Notes under the pieces: model-generated
Told to the model about the DNA's origin: nothing
Databases searched by the model: none
What the model saw: only the letters and a program-made list of their open reading frames with translations
Program-made: the position numbers and the translations under genes
Shown here: piece after piece, positions 9,525-17,304 of the stretch
Position numbering within the stretch: position 1 is the first letter of the stretch
Layout of the letters: the number at the start of each line of letters is the position of its first letter
Source of the DNA: Breznakia blatticola
GTDB lineage: Bacteria > Bacillota_I > Bacilli_A > Erysipelotrichales > Erysipelotrichaceae
DNA: 32,000 nt
Assembly: GCF_004365815.1 (NCBI RefSeq)
Contig: NZ_SODD01000004.1
Coordinates: 30,001 to 62,000 of the forward strand
Reading direction: 5' to 3'

Positions 9525-9554
9525 AATTACCCTCTCTTATAAAGTATTGAAATC

Positions 9555-9583
9555 ATCATAGCACTTCTATTTCATGCTTTCAA
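9555..9583 (-). promoter_or_regulatory. Sigma-A-type promoter for trkA-trkH
   Basis: On the minus strand: TTGAAA (9583-9578), 17-nt spacer, TGcTATGAT extended -10 (TATGAT at 9560-9555), about 30 nt upstream of the trkA ATG. Confidence 0.5.
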
Positions 9584-9653
9584 TGAAATATGTGTGTTTA
9601 TCTTGTCAATTGTATTATATAGTAAGCTTCTTTAATTCTTTTCTTATTTGCAT

Positions 9654-9679
9654 GAAAAAACCAAGACGATATATCTTGG
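9654..9679 (-). terminator. Intrinsic terminator after the beta-hydroxyacid dehydrogenase gene
   Basis: CCAAGA / TCTTGG stem at 9661-9679, followed on the minus strand by T6 (A-run at 9655-9660 on plus). Confidence 0.65.
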
Positions 9680-9680
9680 C

Positions 9681-10529
9681 TTATTTTGATTCATAATATT
9701 TCACTAGGGCTTGAGTTCCATCGTTTTCTAGACCATCTGATGCAAGTGTTTCGTACATGTTACATACAGTGTTTAGCACTTCTAAATCAATATTTGCTAA
9801 ACGAGCTTCATCACGTGCAATATTCATATCTTTAATGAAATGCTTAATATAAAAACCAGGGGCAAAATCTTGTTTCAATGCTTTTGGTCCATTGTTGTCA
9901 AGTTGCCAACTTTGCGCGCTTCCTTTTGTTATTGCCGCAAATACCTTTTCAGGATCAAGACCTTGCTTTTTCATGTAGGTAATTGTTTCAGCAACTCCAC
10001 TAATAGCTCCAGCAATTGCGATTTGATTGCACATTTTACAGTGTTGACCTGCACCATGTGAGCCAATTAAGTTAATAGTTGCACCAAGTACATCAAAAAT
10101 TGGATATGCTTTATCATAGTCTTCTTGATTTCCACCAACCATGATTGTTAGTTTTCCTGATTTTGCATACACATCACTACCAGAAACTGGAGCGTCAAGT
10201 ACACCGTGTTTAGTTGTTGCATTTGCAATCTTTTTAGCTAGATCTGGTGAAGAAGTTGTCATATCAATTAAAATGGCTCCTTCTTTTGCATAATCTAAAA
10301 TACCATCTTTAAAATATACTTCTTCTACATCACTAGGATATCCAACCATTGTAATAACGACATCACAATTCTCGACACATTCCTTAATTGTTTTAAACTT
10401 GAATGGCGTATCGATATCATCCATTCTTTCATACGTACGATTGTAGGTATGTACTTCATAACCGGCTTGTAATAAGTTAGTAATCATTGCTTTACCCATA
10501 ACACCGGTTCCTATCCATGCTATTTTCAT
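9681..10529 (-). CDS. NAD(P)-dependent beta-hydroxyacid dehydrogenase (3-hydroxyisobutyrate / tartronate-semialdehyde reductase family)
   Basis: N-terminal MKIAWIGTGVMGKAM dinucleotide fold and the family's C-terminal all-helical domain. ATG 10529 is preferred over GTG 10538 (AGGTGGA SD just upstream). Confidence 0.85.
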   Translation of the reverse strand: MKIAWIGTGVMGKAMITNLLQAGYEVHTYNRTYERMDDIDTPFKFKTIKECVENCDVVITMVGYPSDVEEVYFKDGILDYAKEGAILIDMTTSSPDLAKKIANATTKHGVLDAPVSGSDVYAKSGKLTIMVGGNQEDYDKAYPIFDVLGATINLIGSHGAGQHCKMCNQIAIAGAISGVAETITYMKKQGLDPEKVFAAITKGSAQSWQLDNNGPKALKQDFAPGFYIKHFIKDMNIARDEARLANIDLEVLNTVCNMYETLASDGLENDGTQALVKYYESK

Positions 10530-10570
10530 TTTATCCACCTCGTATTTATTATATGCTTGTTTTAATTAAT

Positions 10571-10584
10571 TGAAAACGATAATT
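10571..10584 (+). promoter_or_regulatory. cre-like (CcpA) site in the divergent control region
   Basis: TGAAAACGATAATT matches 12 of 14 positions of TGWAANCGNTNWCA. It lies about 40 nt upstream of the dehydrogenase ATG. Confidence 0.35.
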
Positions 10585-10812
10585 AAGTGATATTTGCTAA
10601 GTATATAATCGCAAACTCAGTGTTCGCAAAGTTGTTCTAGTACGCTTTTACGCAAATGTTATAATATTTATATCGATATTCTTTCGTTAAGTTTACGCAA
10701 AACCATAAATAAAAGACTTGAGATTTTTATATATAATGAAGTCAATCTTAATCGTGCACGTAATTAAGTGATTAAGGAAGGAAACGATAAATCGTTATAT
10801 TTGGTAAGAAAA

Positions 10813-11646
10813 ATGAAAATTGTAAATGGTTTTTCCGTAATAAACTATGCACAGGAGAGGAGACTCTTATTACCTGCTTTTAATACTACGAATTTAGAGA
10901 CGACTATAGCAATCGTTCAAGGGTTAAATGATGCAAATTTACCAGGTTTAGTTCAAATATCATCAAATAACTTACAACTATCAAGTCCACAAGTTATTGC
11001 TGACATAACAAGATATGCATTAACAAATTCTAATGTACCAATTGGTTTACATTTAGATCATGGAAAAAGTTATGAAGATGTAAAAGCATGTGTTGATGCA
11101 GGTTTTACATCTATTATGATTGATGCTTCACATTTAGAATATGAGGAGAATATTAAGGAAGTTCGCAGGTGTACTGATTATTGTCATTTATATGGAATTC
11201 CTGTTGAAGCAGAATTAGGAGCAATTTCTGGAAAAGAGGATGATGATGTTAATGAAGCAGATTGTAAAACTGATCCAGAATTAGTGAAAGATTTTGTAGA
11301 GCGCTCAGGTTGTGATTTGCTTGCTGTTTCAGTAGGGAATGTTCATGGACTTGAAGCAACACCCAAAATAGATTTGCATTTGTTAGAAGAAATTGCAAAA
11401 GTTTCGCCGGTGCCATTAGTGTTGCATGGTGGGTCAGGGATTGATTTTGATGTAATTCGCAAAATGAAGCAATTTAATCTAATAAAAGTGAATTATGGTT
11501 CTGATTTACGCAAAGCATACATTCAAACGTTCGGTAAAGCTTATGAGTTAAATCATAACGAAGCAAATTTATTCGGATTAAGCACGAAAGCAACAAAAAA
11601 CGTTCGAAATAAAGCAAAGGAGCTTGTTACGATTATTAATCAATAA
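10813..11646 (+). CDS. Class II ketose-bisphosphate aldolase (FBA/tagatose-1,6-bisphosphate aldolase GatY/KbaY family)
   Basis: LPAFNTTNLE, HLDHG and LVLHGGSG motifs of class II (metal-dependent) aldolases. Start uncertain: ATG 10813 gives the usual N-terminus, but the ORF is open from GTG 10768. Confidence 0.85.
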   Translation: MKIVNGFSVINYAQERRLLLPAFNTTNLETTIAIVQGLNDANLPGLVQISSNNLQLSSPQVIADITRYALTNSNVPIGLHLDHGKSYEDVKACVDAGFTSIMIDASHLEYEENIKEVRRCTDYCHLYGIPVEAELGAISGKEDDDVNEADCKTDPELVKDFVERSGCDLLAVSVGNVHGLEATPKIDLHLLEEIAKVSPVPLVLHGGSGIDFDVIRKMKQFNLIKVNYGSDLRKAYIQTFGKAYELNHNEANLFGLSTKATKNVRNKAKELVTIINQ

Positions 11647-11666
11647 AAAAGAGGGGTTGATTCCGT

Positions 11667-12074
11667 ATGACACAAGAAATACTAACAAAACGACAACTAG
11701 ATATTTTAAAGATATTCAAGCAACATCCTAATGAATATTTTTCAGCGAATGATTTTGTTAATACAATGAATGTTAGTCATCGAACAATACAAAACGACAT
11801 GAAGCAACTGAAGAAGGAATTAGCTAAATTAGATTTTGCTACACTAGATTCAGCAACATCAAAGGGAACAAAATTAGTTGTACATGATCGTGATGCATTT
11901 GATGACTTCATTGATCATGCTGAGACAACGATTGATGGGAACTCATTAGCCTATCAACAAGGTCGAATTAATAAGTTGTTATTAAAGCTTTTACGTCAAC
12001 GACAACCACTAAGTTTACAGGCATTGGCAGATTCTGTATTTGTTTCAAAGTCAACGATATTAAAGGATTTATAA
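11667..12074 (+). CDS. PRD-containing PTS regulator (MtlR/LicR/ManR type), N-terminal HTH fragment ending at an in-frame TAA
   Basis: Winged-HTH-like N-terminus (LDILKIFKQHPNEYFSANDF..SHRTIQNDMKQL). It stops inside the second HTH (SKSTILKDL*), in the same frame as the next ORF. Confidence 0.8.
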   Translation: MTQEILTKRQLDILKIFKQHPNEYFSANDFVNTMNVSHRTIQNDMKQLKKELAKLDFATLDSATSKGTKLVVHDRDAFDDFIDHAETTIDGNSLAYQQGRINKLLLKLLRQRQPLSLQALADSVFVSKSTILKDL

Positions 12075-12077
12075 GAA

Positions 12078-13607
12078 GTGTCGACCGTATTGTCAAGATA
12101 TAGCTTGAAATTAATAAAAAAATCTCATTATGAAATATGGGTAAAAGGATTAGAAAAAGACAAACGAATGTGCTTGTTGGATAAGGACTTGTATTTTACT
12201 GGTACATTTGAACAAGATCGTTTAATTCTAGGTGATGAGCAGCGTATTAATACGATAAAAAAGGTACTTGTCGACGTTCTTGTTGATCAACAATATAAAA
12301 TATCCGATGTGGAATTGCAGAATCTTATAATCCTAACAAATATCTCAGTAAAAAGAATTGCGCATGGTTTTTATTTAGAAGATGAGATCAATTCAATTAT
12401 TGGAGATGATTTTGAGAAAGAAAAGATGATTGCTAGACAGTTTTTCGATATTCTCCAATCAAAATTTCAATTGGATGTTAGAGATGTGGAAGTCAATTAC
12501 TTTGCTGTTACGCTTAATAGTAAAGGAGATCATGATAATCAAAGCTATATCACCAAGGAATTAAATGATTTTATATTTGATGCTTTGGTGACGATAAAAG
12601 AAGAATTCAATATTGATTTAATTGATAATGTAGATTTAAGGATATCTTTAGCATTACATTGTGTTCCATTAATTACAAGAATCAAATACGATCTACAGCT
12701 GAAAAATGAATTATTGTTTCATATAAAGCAAATGTCACCACTTGCCTTTGAAATTGGGACATATTTCGGATATCTTTTACAGAAAAAATACAACAAACGT
12801 ATTAATGATGATGAAATAGCTTTTTTCGCAATTTACTTTAATAGTGGTTTATTGAATGTAGAAAAGACAAAAGAGGTGAATAGTGTACTTGTAATTTCCT
12901 CGGTAAAAAGAAGTGAATCTTTTCTACTTGAACAAGTACTTCGTCAATGGTTTCCAAACGATGTAGGGAAAATTGATTTTCTAACAATGCATGAATTTTC
13001 CGAGGTTCATCTTGATTTATATAATATTATACTCACGACTGAGAAGAATGAATTATATGAAAAAGGAGTGGCTTTATATATCAGTTCATTTCCGAATAAA
13101 AGAGATTATTATCGATTGAAAGTTTACATAGAAGGGTTCAAAAGCATTGACGATGTAACGGAGATGTTTAAAGAGGAACTGTTTATAAAAGGTAAATTCA
13201 CATCAAGACACGAAATCCTAGAAGTTATGAGTAAACGCGCTGAACATGAGTTTGATATTGAAAACTTATATGAGGAGGTCATGATTCGTGAGGAATTAGG
13301 TAGCACTTTTTTTGGAAATTATGTTGCGATACCACATCCGATGCATGCGGTGTCTAATGATTCATTTATTAGTGTTGCTTTATTAGATAAGCCAATAGAG
13401 TGGGATGAAGATAAAAATTTAGTCAGAATGGTATTGCTTGTGTGCGTTGAAAAGAATAATGCGCAAGCCTTCAAAATATGGAGTTATGTATCACGAATGA
13501 TTTCTGATCGCACATTTTTAGATGGAGTAATAAGCGAGTTAAGTTATGACAATTTCATTAATGTACTACAAAAATCATTACGTGATTGGTTTAGTGAATT
13601 GCGCTAA
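12078..13607 (+). CDS. PRD-containing PTS regulator, C-terminal fragment (rest of HTH, two PRDs, EIIB-like and EIIA-Mtl/Fru-like domains)
   Basis: Same reading frame as 11667-12074. PRD-like helices (LALHCVPLITRIK; DEIAFFAIYF). C-terminal PTS EIIA-2 motif VAIPHP. Joined length of about 646 codons matches the family. Confidence 0.8.
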   Translation: MSTVLSRYSLKLIKKSHYEIWVKGLEKDKRMCLLDKDLYFTGTFEQDRLILGDEQRINTIKKVLVDVLVDQQYKISDVELQNLIILTNISVKRIAHGFYLEDEINSIIGDDFEKEKMIARQFFDILQSKFQLDVRDVEVNYFAVTLNSKGDHDNQSYITKELNDFIFDALVTIKEEFNIDLIDNVDLRISLALHCVPLITRIKYDLQLKNELLFHIKQMSPLAFEIGTYFGYLLQKKYNKRINDDEIAFFAIYFNSGLLNVEKTKEVNSVLVISSVKRSESFLLEQVLRQWFPNDVGKIDFLTMHEFSEVHLDLYNIILTTEKNELYEKGVALYISSFPNKRDYYRLKVYIEGFKSIDDVTEMFKEELFIKGKFTSRHEILEVMSKRAEHEFDIENLYEEVMIREELGSTFFGNYVAIPHPMHAVSNDSFISVALLDKPIEWDEDKNLVRMVLLVCVEKNNAQAFKIWSYVSRMISDRTFLDGVISELSYDNFINVLQKSLRDWFSELR

Positions 13608-13676
13608 CTATACGAAATAAAATAAAAATAAGAGAAGAAAATAATGTGGTAGGTTATAAGCAGGTTAGAAACTATA

Positions 13677-13690
13677 TGTAAGCGCTTAAC
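13677..13690 (+). promoter_or_regulatory. Catabolite-responsive element (cre) upstream of the PTS genes
   Basis: TGTAAGCGCTTAAC: the first 12 nt are identical to the idealised cre TGTAAGCGCTTACA and contain the 10-bp palindrome TAAGCGCTTA. It lies 30 nt upstream of the EIIA start. Confidence 0.6.
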
Positions 13691-13719
13691 AAGTTTATAA
13701 CTTACGAAAGGAGAAATGA

Positions 13720-14124
13720 ATGAAGTTTATTTTGGTATCACATGGTTCTTTTGCAAAGGGACTGGTAGAGAGTTCACAAATGATTGCTGGGCAACAAGAG
13801 AATCTAGTGTCCTTTGGATTGTATCCAGAAGATGACATCAATGACCTAAAAAATAAAATCGAGACAGAGTTTTTAAAATCAGAAATGGATAATATCGTAT
13901 TTTTTACTGACTTGTTTCATGGAAGTCCATTTAATGCAGTAGTTTCACTTATGGGTAAATACGATATATATCACATAACAGGTATGAATCTTCCACTTAT
14001 TCTAGAAGCGTTAATGGCAAGAATGAATGAAGATATAACGCCAGCAGAATTGTGCAAGTCTTTACTTGCAAATGCAAATAATACAATCATTGATGTAAAG
14101 GAATGTTTAAAGGAGGCAAACTAG
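13720..14124 (+). CDS. PTS mannose/fructose/sorbose family EIIA component
   Basis: MKFILVSHGSFAKG (phosphorylatable His) and FFTDLFHGSPFN motifs, aligning by eye with E. coli ManX IIA. Confidence 0.9.
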   Translation: MKFILVSHGSFAKGLVESSQMIAGQQENLVSFGLYPEDDINDLKNKIETEFLKSEMDNIVFFTDLFHGSPFNAVVSLMGKYDIYHITGMNLPLILEALMARMNEDITPAELCKSLLANANNTIIDVKECLKEAN

Positions 14125-14601
14125 ATGAGAAATATAGTATTAGCTAGAGTTGATGATCGACTCATACATGGAGAAGTTGTATCGGTATGGACACCAAGCT
14201 TAAGTGTTAATTGTATTATCGTAATTGATGATATTGTAGCAAAGGATATGTTTAATACACGTGTGTTAAAGGCTTTAGCTCCATCGGGTGTGAAAATCGA
14301 AATTTATTCTGTTTCAGATGGAGTAGATGCACTTAAAGCAGAAGGGAATAGCAAAGAACGTGTAATGATTCTTACTAAAACACCAATTGTTTTTGATAAA
14401 CTTCATGACCAAGGAGTTGAGTTAAAAGAAGTAAATCTTGGGGGAATGGGAATTCGAAATGAACGAAAACCTTTTATTAAAAACGTTGCATGTGATGATT
14501 CAGAAATTGAGTCTATCCGCAATTTAACAAATAAAGGAGTACATGTTTATTACCAACTTGTTCCTGAGCAAAAAGTTATTGAAGTAACAAGTTATATTTA
14601 A
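14125..14601 (+). CDS. PTS mannose/fructose/sorbose family EIIB component
   Basis: RVDDRLIHGEV active-site His motif; 158 aa. The start abuts the EIIA stop. Confidence 0.9.
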   Translation: MRNIVLARVDDRLIHGEVVSVWTPSLSVNCIIVIDDIVAKDMFNTRVLKALAPSGVKIEIYSVSDGVDALKAEGNSKERVMILTKTPIVFDKLHDQGVELKEVNLGGMGIRNERKPFIKNVACDDSEIESIRNLTNKGVHVYYQLVPEQKVIEVTSYI

Positions 14602-14619
14602 AAACAGAGAGGATATATT

Positions 14620-15366
14620 ATGTCAATTATACAAGCTATTTTATGTGGTGTCGTATACTATTTTGCAATTGGTAATTTACCATTTGTTGGGTTATGGTCA
14701 CTACAAAGACCACTCGTATGTGGTTTTGTCACTGGGATTATCTTAGGTGATCCATTGACTGGAGCCATGGTTGGTGGAACTATTAACTTAGTGTATTTAG
14801 GGTTTATGTCAGCTGGAGGAAGTATGCCAGCAGATATGGCGCTCGCAGGTATTTTAGGTGTTGCTTTTGCAATTACTGGAAATCTAGATGCTGAGACAGC
14901 TCTAGCGTTATCTGTGCCAATTGGAATTTTAGGAACAATTGTTTGGTATTTACGAATGACGTTTGATTCAATCTTCGTACATATCGCAGATCGATATATA
15001 GAAAATGAGGAATATCATAAAATTTGGCGTGCAAATGTATTGTTCCCACAATTGTTTGCAGCAGTAATTACAATTATTCCATGTACATTAGCAGCATATT
15101 TTGGTGCGTCATACATTAGTGGATTCATCGAGTTAATGAGCGGAACAATTTTGACTGTCTTTAAAATAATTGGTGGATTGATGCCTGCTTTAGGTATTGG
15201 AATTACTTTGCAATACATTTTTAAAGGTGAGGCAAGAGTCTTCTTATTCTTAGGATTTGTACTAGCCGTATACTCTGGATTAGGATTATTACCACTAGGT
15301 GTAATTGCTGGGTTAGTAGCAGTTGTATACGTACAATTAAGTGATAGAGAAAGGGTGAGTGAATAA
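14620..15366 (+). CDS. PTS mannose/fructose/sorbose family EIIC component
   Basis: 248-aa polytopic membrane protein at the IIC position between IIB and IID. Gly-rich TM pattern typical of Man-family IIC. Confidence 0.9.
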   Translation: MSIIQAILCGVVYYFAIGNLPFVGLWSLQRPLVCGFVTGIILGDPLTGAMVGGTINLVYLGFMSAGGSMPADMALAGILGVAFAITGNLDAETALALSVPIGILGTIVWYLRMTFDSIFVHIADRYIENEEYHKIWRANVLFPQLFAAVITIIPCTLAAYFGASYISGFIELMSGTILTVFKIIGGLMPALGIGITLQYIFKGEARVFLFLGFVLAVYSGLGLLPLGVIAGLVAVVYVQLSDRERVSE

Positions 15367-15367
15367 T

Positions 15368-16195
15368 ATGGCTGATGAAAAAAACAAGTTGTTATCAAAA
15401 AAGGATTTATTAAAGTCATTTCTAATTTGGGAAACCTTTCCACAATGCTGTTATAACTATGAAAGAATGATGGGACAATCTGTCGCTCATGTGTTTGCAC
15501 CACTTATTAAGAAGTTTTATAAAAATGAACCAGAAAAACGTAAAGAAGTTATGAAACGTGAAATTGAATTCTTTAATGTTCATATTGAATTTGGTTCTTG
15601 TATCATTGGGATGGCAATCGCCATGGAAGAACAAAAAGCTTTGGGAGGAGATATTCCTGGAGAATTTATTACAAGCATAAAGACTTCACTTATGGGTCCA
15701 CTTGCAGGAGTAGGTGATACTATTTGGCAAGGAGTAGTAATTCCTATCTTATTGTCTATTTGTATTGATATTACATTAGGGGGAACTGTTGCAGGTGCAA
15801 TTATTTATGCAGTTGCCATTATTGTGGGAGCATATGCACTAAGTTATGCAAACTTCATGTTCGGATATCGCTCAGGAAGTGAAGCAATAATGGATTTCCT
15901 TGAAAAAGGAACACTGAAAAAGATACTTAAGGGTGCAGAAGTAATGGGTTGTCTTGTAATGGGTGGATTGATTGCGAACTATGTTTCGATGCAAACAGGT
16001 ATAGAAATTGTAAGTTCAACATCAACGTTTAATTTACAAACACAGTTTTTCGACACATTAATGCCAAAAATTTTACCGTTTGGGTTTACATTATTTGTTT
16101 ATTGGTTATTAAAGAAACGAGTTTCTTCACTAAAAATTATTGGAATTATCATATTGATTGCAATCGTTGGTGGTGTTACGGGAATTCTTGCATAA
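15368..16195 (+). CDS. PTS mannose/fructose/sorbose family EIID component
   Basis: N-terminal amphipathic region with a NYERMMG motif followed by TM segments. ATG 15368 is preferred (AAGGGTGAG SD upstream, 1 nt after the IIC stop). Confidence 0.9.
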   Translation: MADEKNKLLSKKDLLKSFLIWETFPQCCYNYERMMGQSVAHVFAPLIKKFYKNEPEKRKEVMKREIEFFNVHIEFGSCIIGMAIAMEEQKALGGDIPGEFITSIKTSLMGPLAGVGDTIWQGVVIPILLSICIDITLGGTVAGAIIYAVAIIVGAYALSYANFMFGYRSGSEAIMDFLEKGTLKKILKGAEVMGCLVMGGLIANYVSMQTGIEIVSSTSTFNLQTQFFDTLMPKILPFGFTLFVYWLLKKRVSSLKIIGIIILIAIVGGVTGILA

Positions 16196-16206
16196 AGTAA
16201 ATAATT

Positions 16207-16244
16207 AAAATACAGATGTAATTATTTACATCTGTATTGTTTTT
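16207..16244 (+). terminator. Strong intrinsic terminator between PTS EIID and the dehydrogenase gene
   Basis: Perfect 12-bp stem ATACAGATGTAA / TTACATCTGTAT, 4-nt loop, then TGTTTTT. It directly abuts AGGAGG (16245-16250) of the next gene. Confidence 0.75.
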
Positions 16245-16255
16245 AGGAGGAAAAG

Positions 16256-17302
16256 ATGAAAGCGTTAGTATTAGATAAAGCATATAACTATAAAGTAAAA
16301 GATGTTGAGTTACCTATATTACAAGATGATGAGGTATTGATAGAAGTAAAAGCAAGTGGAATATGTACAAATGATCTTCGAGATTATAAGGGAGGTAGTA
16401 TTTATTCACTCCCTCGAATTGGAGGGCATGAGTATAGTGGTGTAATTCATAGTGTTGGATCTAAAGTCAATAAAAAAAGATTTGCCATAGGAAAAAGAGC
16501 AGTTGCTTACATTATACCTGCTTGTGGAGAGTGTTACTTTTGTAAAAGAAATGAAGAAAACCTATGTGAAGATGTTCCAAGTAGCAAGACATTTCAAAAT
16601 GAAGGTGGGATTTCAGGTTTTGGTGGATTTGCTGAATATGTGGCAGTTAAAGCAAGAGATGTTTATATTTATGAAAATGAAGTACCTTTTGAAATAATGG
16701 CAATGACTGAGCCACTAGCGTGTGTTATCAGCAGTGTGAATAAATGTAATGTTCAATTTGGTGATGATGTAGTTATCATCGGTGGTGGTTATATGGGATT
16801 GCTGCATCTACTTGTTGCACAACGAAAGGGAGCCCGTGTGTTTTTAAGTGAGCCTGATGAGTCAAGACGAAAACTAGCCATTTCTTATGGATGTACCGCT
16901 GCTTTTGACCCTACAAAATATGATGTAGTTGATGAAGTGAAAAAACTAACTGACGGACGAGGTGCAGAAGTAGTTTTTGATACAACTTCGATTGCCAAAG
17001 TTGCACAACAAGCTATCGAGATGACATGTCCAGGAGGACGATGTATGTTGTTTAGTTCAATTCATCCAAATACACCAATAGCACTTGATGCAGGGCGAGT
17101 TCATTCAAAAGAAATTGAAATACTTGGATCAGTAAGTCCGACTGTTCCTACATTTAATCAAGCGGTATTAATGTTAGACAAAAAAATCATAGATCCTGAA
17201 TTTTTAATTCATAAAGTGTTACCTTTTACTGATGTGGATTTAGCATTTCAAGAGGCACTAAAACCAGACACATTTAAGGTTATTATGAAGTTTAATAGTT
17301 AA
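16256..17302 (+). CDS. Zn-dependent medium-chain dehydrogenase/reductase (sorbitol/threonine/galactitol-1-P dehydrogenase-like)
   Basis: Catalytic GHEYSGV motif, structural-zinc cluster CGECYFCKRNEENLC, Rossmann VIIGGGYMG. Confidence 0.9.
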   Translation: MKALVLDKAYNYKVKDVELPILQDDEVLIEVKASGICTNDLRDYKGGSIYSLPRIGGHEYSGVIHSVGSKVNKKRFAIGKRAVAYIIPACGECYFCKRNEENLCEDVPSSKTFQNEGGISGFGGFAEYVAVKARDVYIYENEVPFEIMAMTEPLACVISSVNKCNVQFGDDVVIIGGGYMGLLHLLVAQRKGARVFLSEPDESRRKLAISYGCTAAFDPTKYDVVDEVKKLTDGRGAEVVFDTTSIAKVAQQAIEMTCPGGRCMLFSSIHPNTPIALDAGRVHSKEIEILGSVSPTVPTFNQAVLMLDKKIIDPEFLIHKVLPFTDVDLAFQEALKPDTFKVIMKFNS

Positions 17303-17304
17303 GT

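Noticed and set aside
9525-9653. Possible c-di-AMP (ydaO/kimA-type) riboswitch upstream of trkA-trkH, as seen for ktrAB in B. subtilis
   Set aside because: The leader downstream of the best promoter is only about 25-30 nt. The whole 130-nt interval is AT-rich, with none of the GC-rich conserved helices of that riboswitch class.
10592-10760. MITE-like insertion with TAATTAAGTGAT as target-site duplication
   Set aside because: The ends of the bracketed segment are not inverted repeats of each other, and no transposase-related sequence is nearby.
12072-12074. TAA read as a sense codon (alternative genetic code or programmed read-through) in the PRD regulator
   Set aside because: TAA is the normal terminator of many well-supported genes in this window (ABC exporter, GNAT, rpsO, pnp, and others), and no recoding signal is evident. 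A nonsense mutation or sequencing error is more parsimonious.
13647-13662. Sigma-54-like -24/-12 element TGGTAGGTTATAAGCA (GG and GC correctly spaced) upstream of the mannose-family PTS genes
   Set aside because: Only about 9 of 12 consensus positions match, and the TTGC core is AAGC. The locus regulator is an MtlR/LicR-type PRD activator with no sigma-54-interacting AAA+ domain (not LevR-like), so a sigma-54 promoter is not expected.
15015-15503. 162-aa antisense ORF inside the PTS EIIC/EIID genes. The same applies to the 154-aa ORF at 23660-24124 antisense to pnp and to the other antisense or nested ORFs in the track (e.g. 7686-8048, 8458-8802, 20798-21067, 30885-31229).
   Set aside because: They lie entirely within strongly supported genes on the opposite strand or in another frame, lack SD sequences, and have low-complexity or odd composition typical of shadow ORFs.
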